In this document: positions 63,372 through 64,000 of the stretch, piece after piece
Layout of the letters: each line of letters starts with the position of its first letter
Position numbering within the stretch: position 1 is the stretch's first letter
Assembly: GCF_016433145.1 (NCBI RefSeq)
Contig: NC_058130.1
Location: 649,109,001-649,173,000 of the forward strand
Length of the DNA stretch: 64,000 bases
Origin: Gracilinanus agilis
Taxonomy: Eukaryota
Direction: 5' to 3'
The notes under the pieces: model-generated
The model's input: the letters and a program-made list of their open reading frames with translations, nothing else
Database searches by the model: none
What the model was told of the DNA's origin: nothing
Position numbers and translations under genes: made by a program

Positions 63372-63578
63372 GGCAGCTAGGTAGCTCAGTGGATAAAACA
63401 CTTAGCCTGGAGCCAGGAAGACTTGAGTTCAAATTCAACTTTAATCACTAGTTGTGTGACTCTCAGTAAGTCACATAACTTCTGCTGCTTTAATCCTCTG
63501 GAGAAGGAAAAGGAAAACTATGCCAGATTCCTTGCTGACAAAACCCCATAGGAGGTCATGAAGAAGTGGGTGAGACCA
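63372..63578 (+). mobile_element. Mar1-type CORE-SINE
   Basis: ggcagctaggtagctcagtggata ... ctggagaaggaaaaggaaaactatgccagattccttgctgacaaaacccc. Confidence 0.8.
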
Positions 63579-64000
63579 AAGAAAACATAGAAGGGAGAAG
63601 ATAATTAATATAAATATAAAAAGCAAATAGATACCACCAGTTCTATTTATGCTGATGTTTTCTATGCCATTAAGCAAAGCATAACTAGATTTAAAAAGCA
63701 TTAGGAAATAGTTTATACTTTTATGAATAAGATTTATCTCTGAATTTTGAACTATTCAACATTGTAGAAATAACTTTAAATATAACTGATATCTGAGGAG
63801 GAGAAAGATTACTTTAAAATTTTTATTTAATAGGTATTCTGTCTACCTTTTCTCCTGAATCTTTAGGAAGCCTAGAGCCCCAAGAAAACAAGGTCAAGAG
63901 GAAGATTTTTAGGATTTTCTTACAGTGGCCCCACTACCAAAAGGCTACATTTAAAATTCTCCTGATTCCACAGGAGAATGAAATTTTCTAGAAAACTCTC

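Larger units (their letters stand above)
23498..64000 (-). other. ANGPT1: ANGPT1 intron 1 (partial; exon 1 lies beyond the window)
   Basis: No signal-peptide or exon-1 sequence (MTVFLSFAF...) in the ORF track. Mammalian ANGPT1 intron 1 is known to be very long. Confidence 0.88.

Noticed and set aside
1-64000. A novel multi-gene system, endogenous viral ORF or CRISPR array
   Set aside because: No long ORFs, viral protein motifs or repeat-spacer arrays were seen on either strand. The window is accounted for by ANGPT1 introns and exons, TEs and simple repeats.

Overview
This window is vertebrate intronic DNA from a didelphid marsupial, most likely Monodelphis domestica. The assignment rests on SINE1_Mdo-type SINEs, Mar1 CORE-SINEs and OposCharlie/OC1-type hAT MITEs. 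The whole window lies inside the angiopoietin-1 gene (ANGPT1) on the minus strand. Only two coding exons are present: exon 2 (23342-23497, 156 nt) and exon 3 (9801-9922, 122 nt), both with canonical AG/GT ends. Exon 1 and exon 4 onward fall outside the window. The rest is intron densely filled with old L2, MIR and L3 copies, marsupial L1 and SINEs, two solo LTRs with 4-bp TSDs, hAT MITEs, microsatellites and a 280-N assembly gap. All other ORFs in the track look spurious or repeat-derived. I did not find a novel multi-gene system. The items most worth a second look are: a 5'-intact L1 that has lost most of ORF2; an unexplained ~240-bp diverged local duplication; two OC1-like MITEs with perfect 8-bp TSDs (a family reported as horizontally transferred); a young 5'-truncated SINE with a 15-bp TSD; a UG tract beside in-frame-skippable exon 2; and several repeat-free motif clusters that may be ANGPT1 enhancers. 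Repeat family names come from recalled consensus sequences, not a database search. Boundaries of old repeats are approximate (about +/-30 bp) unless a TSD is quoted.
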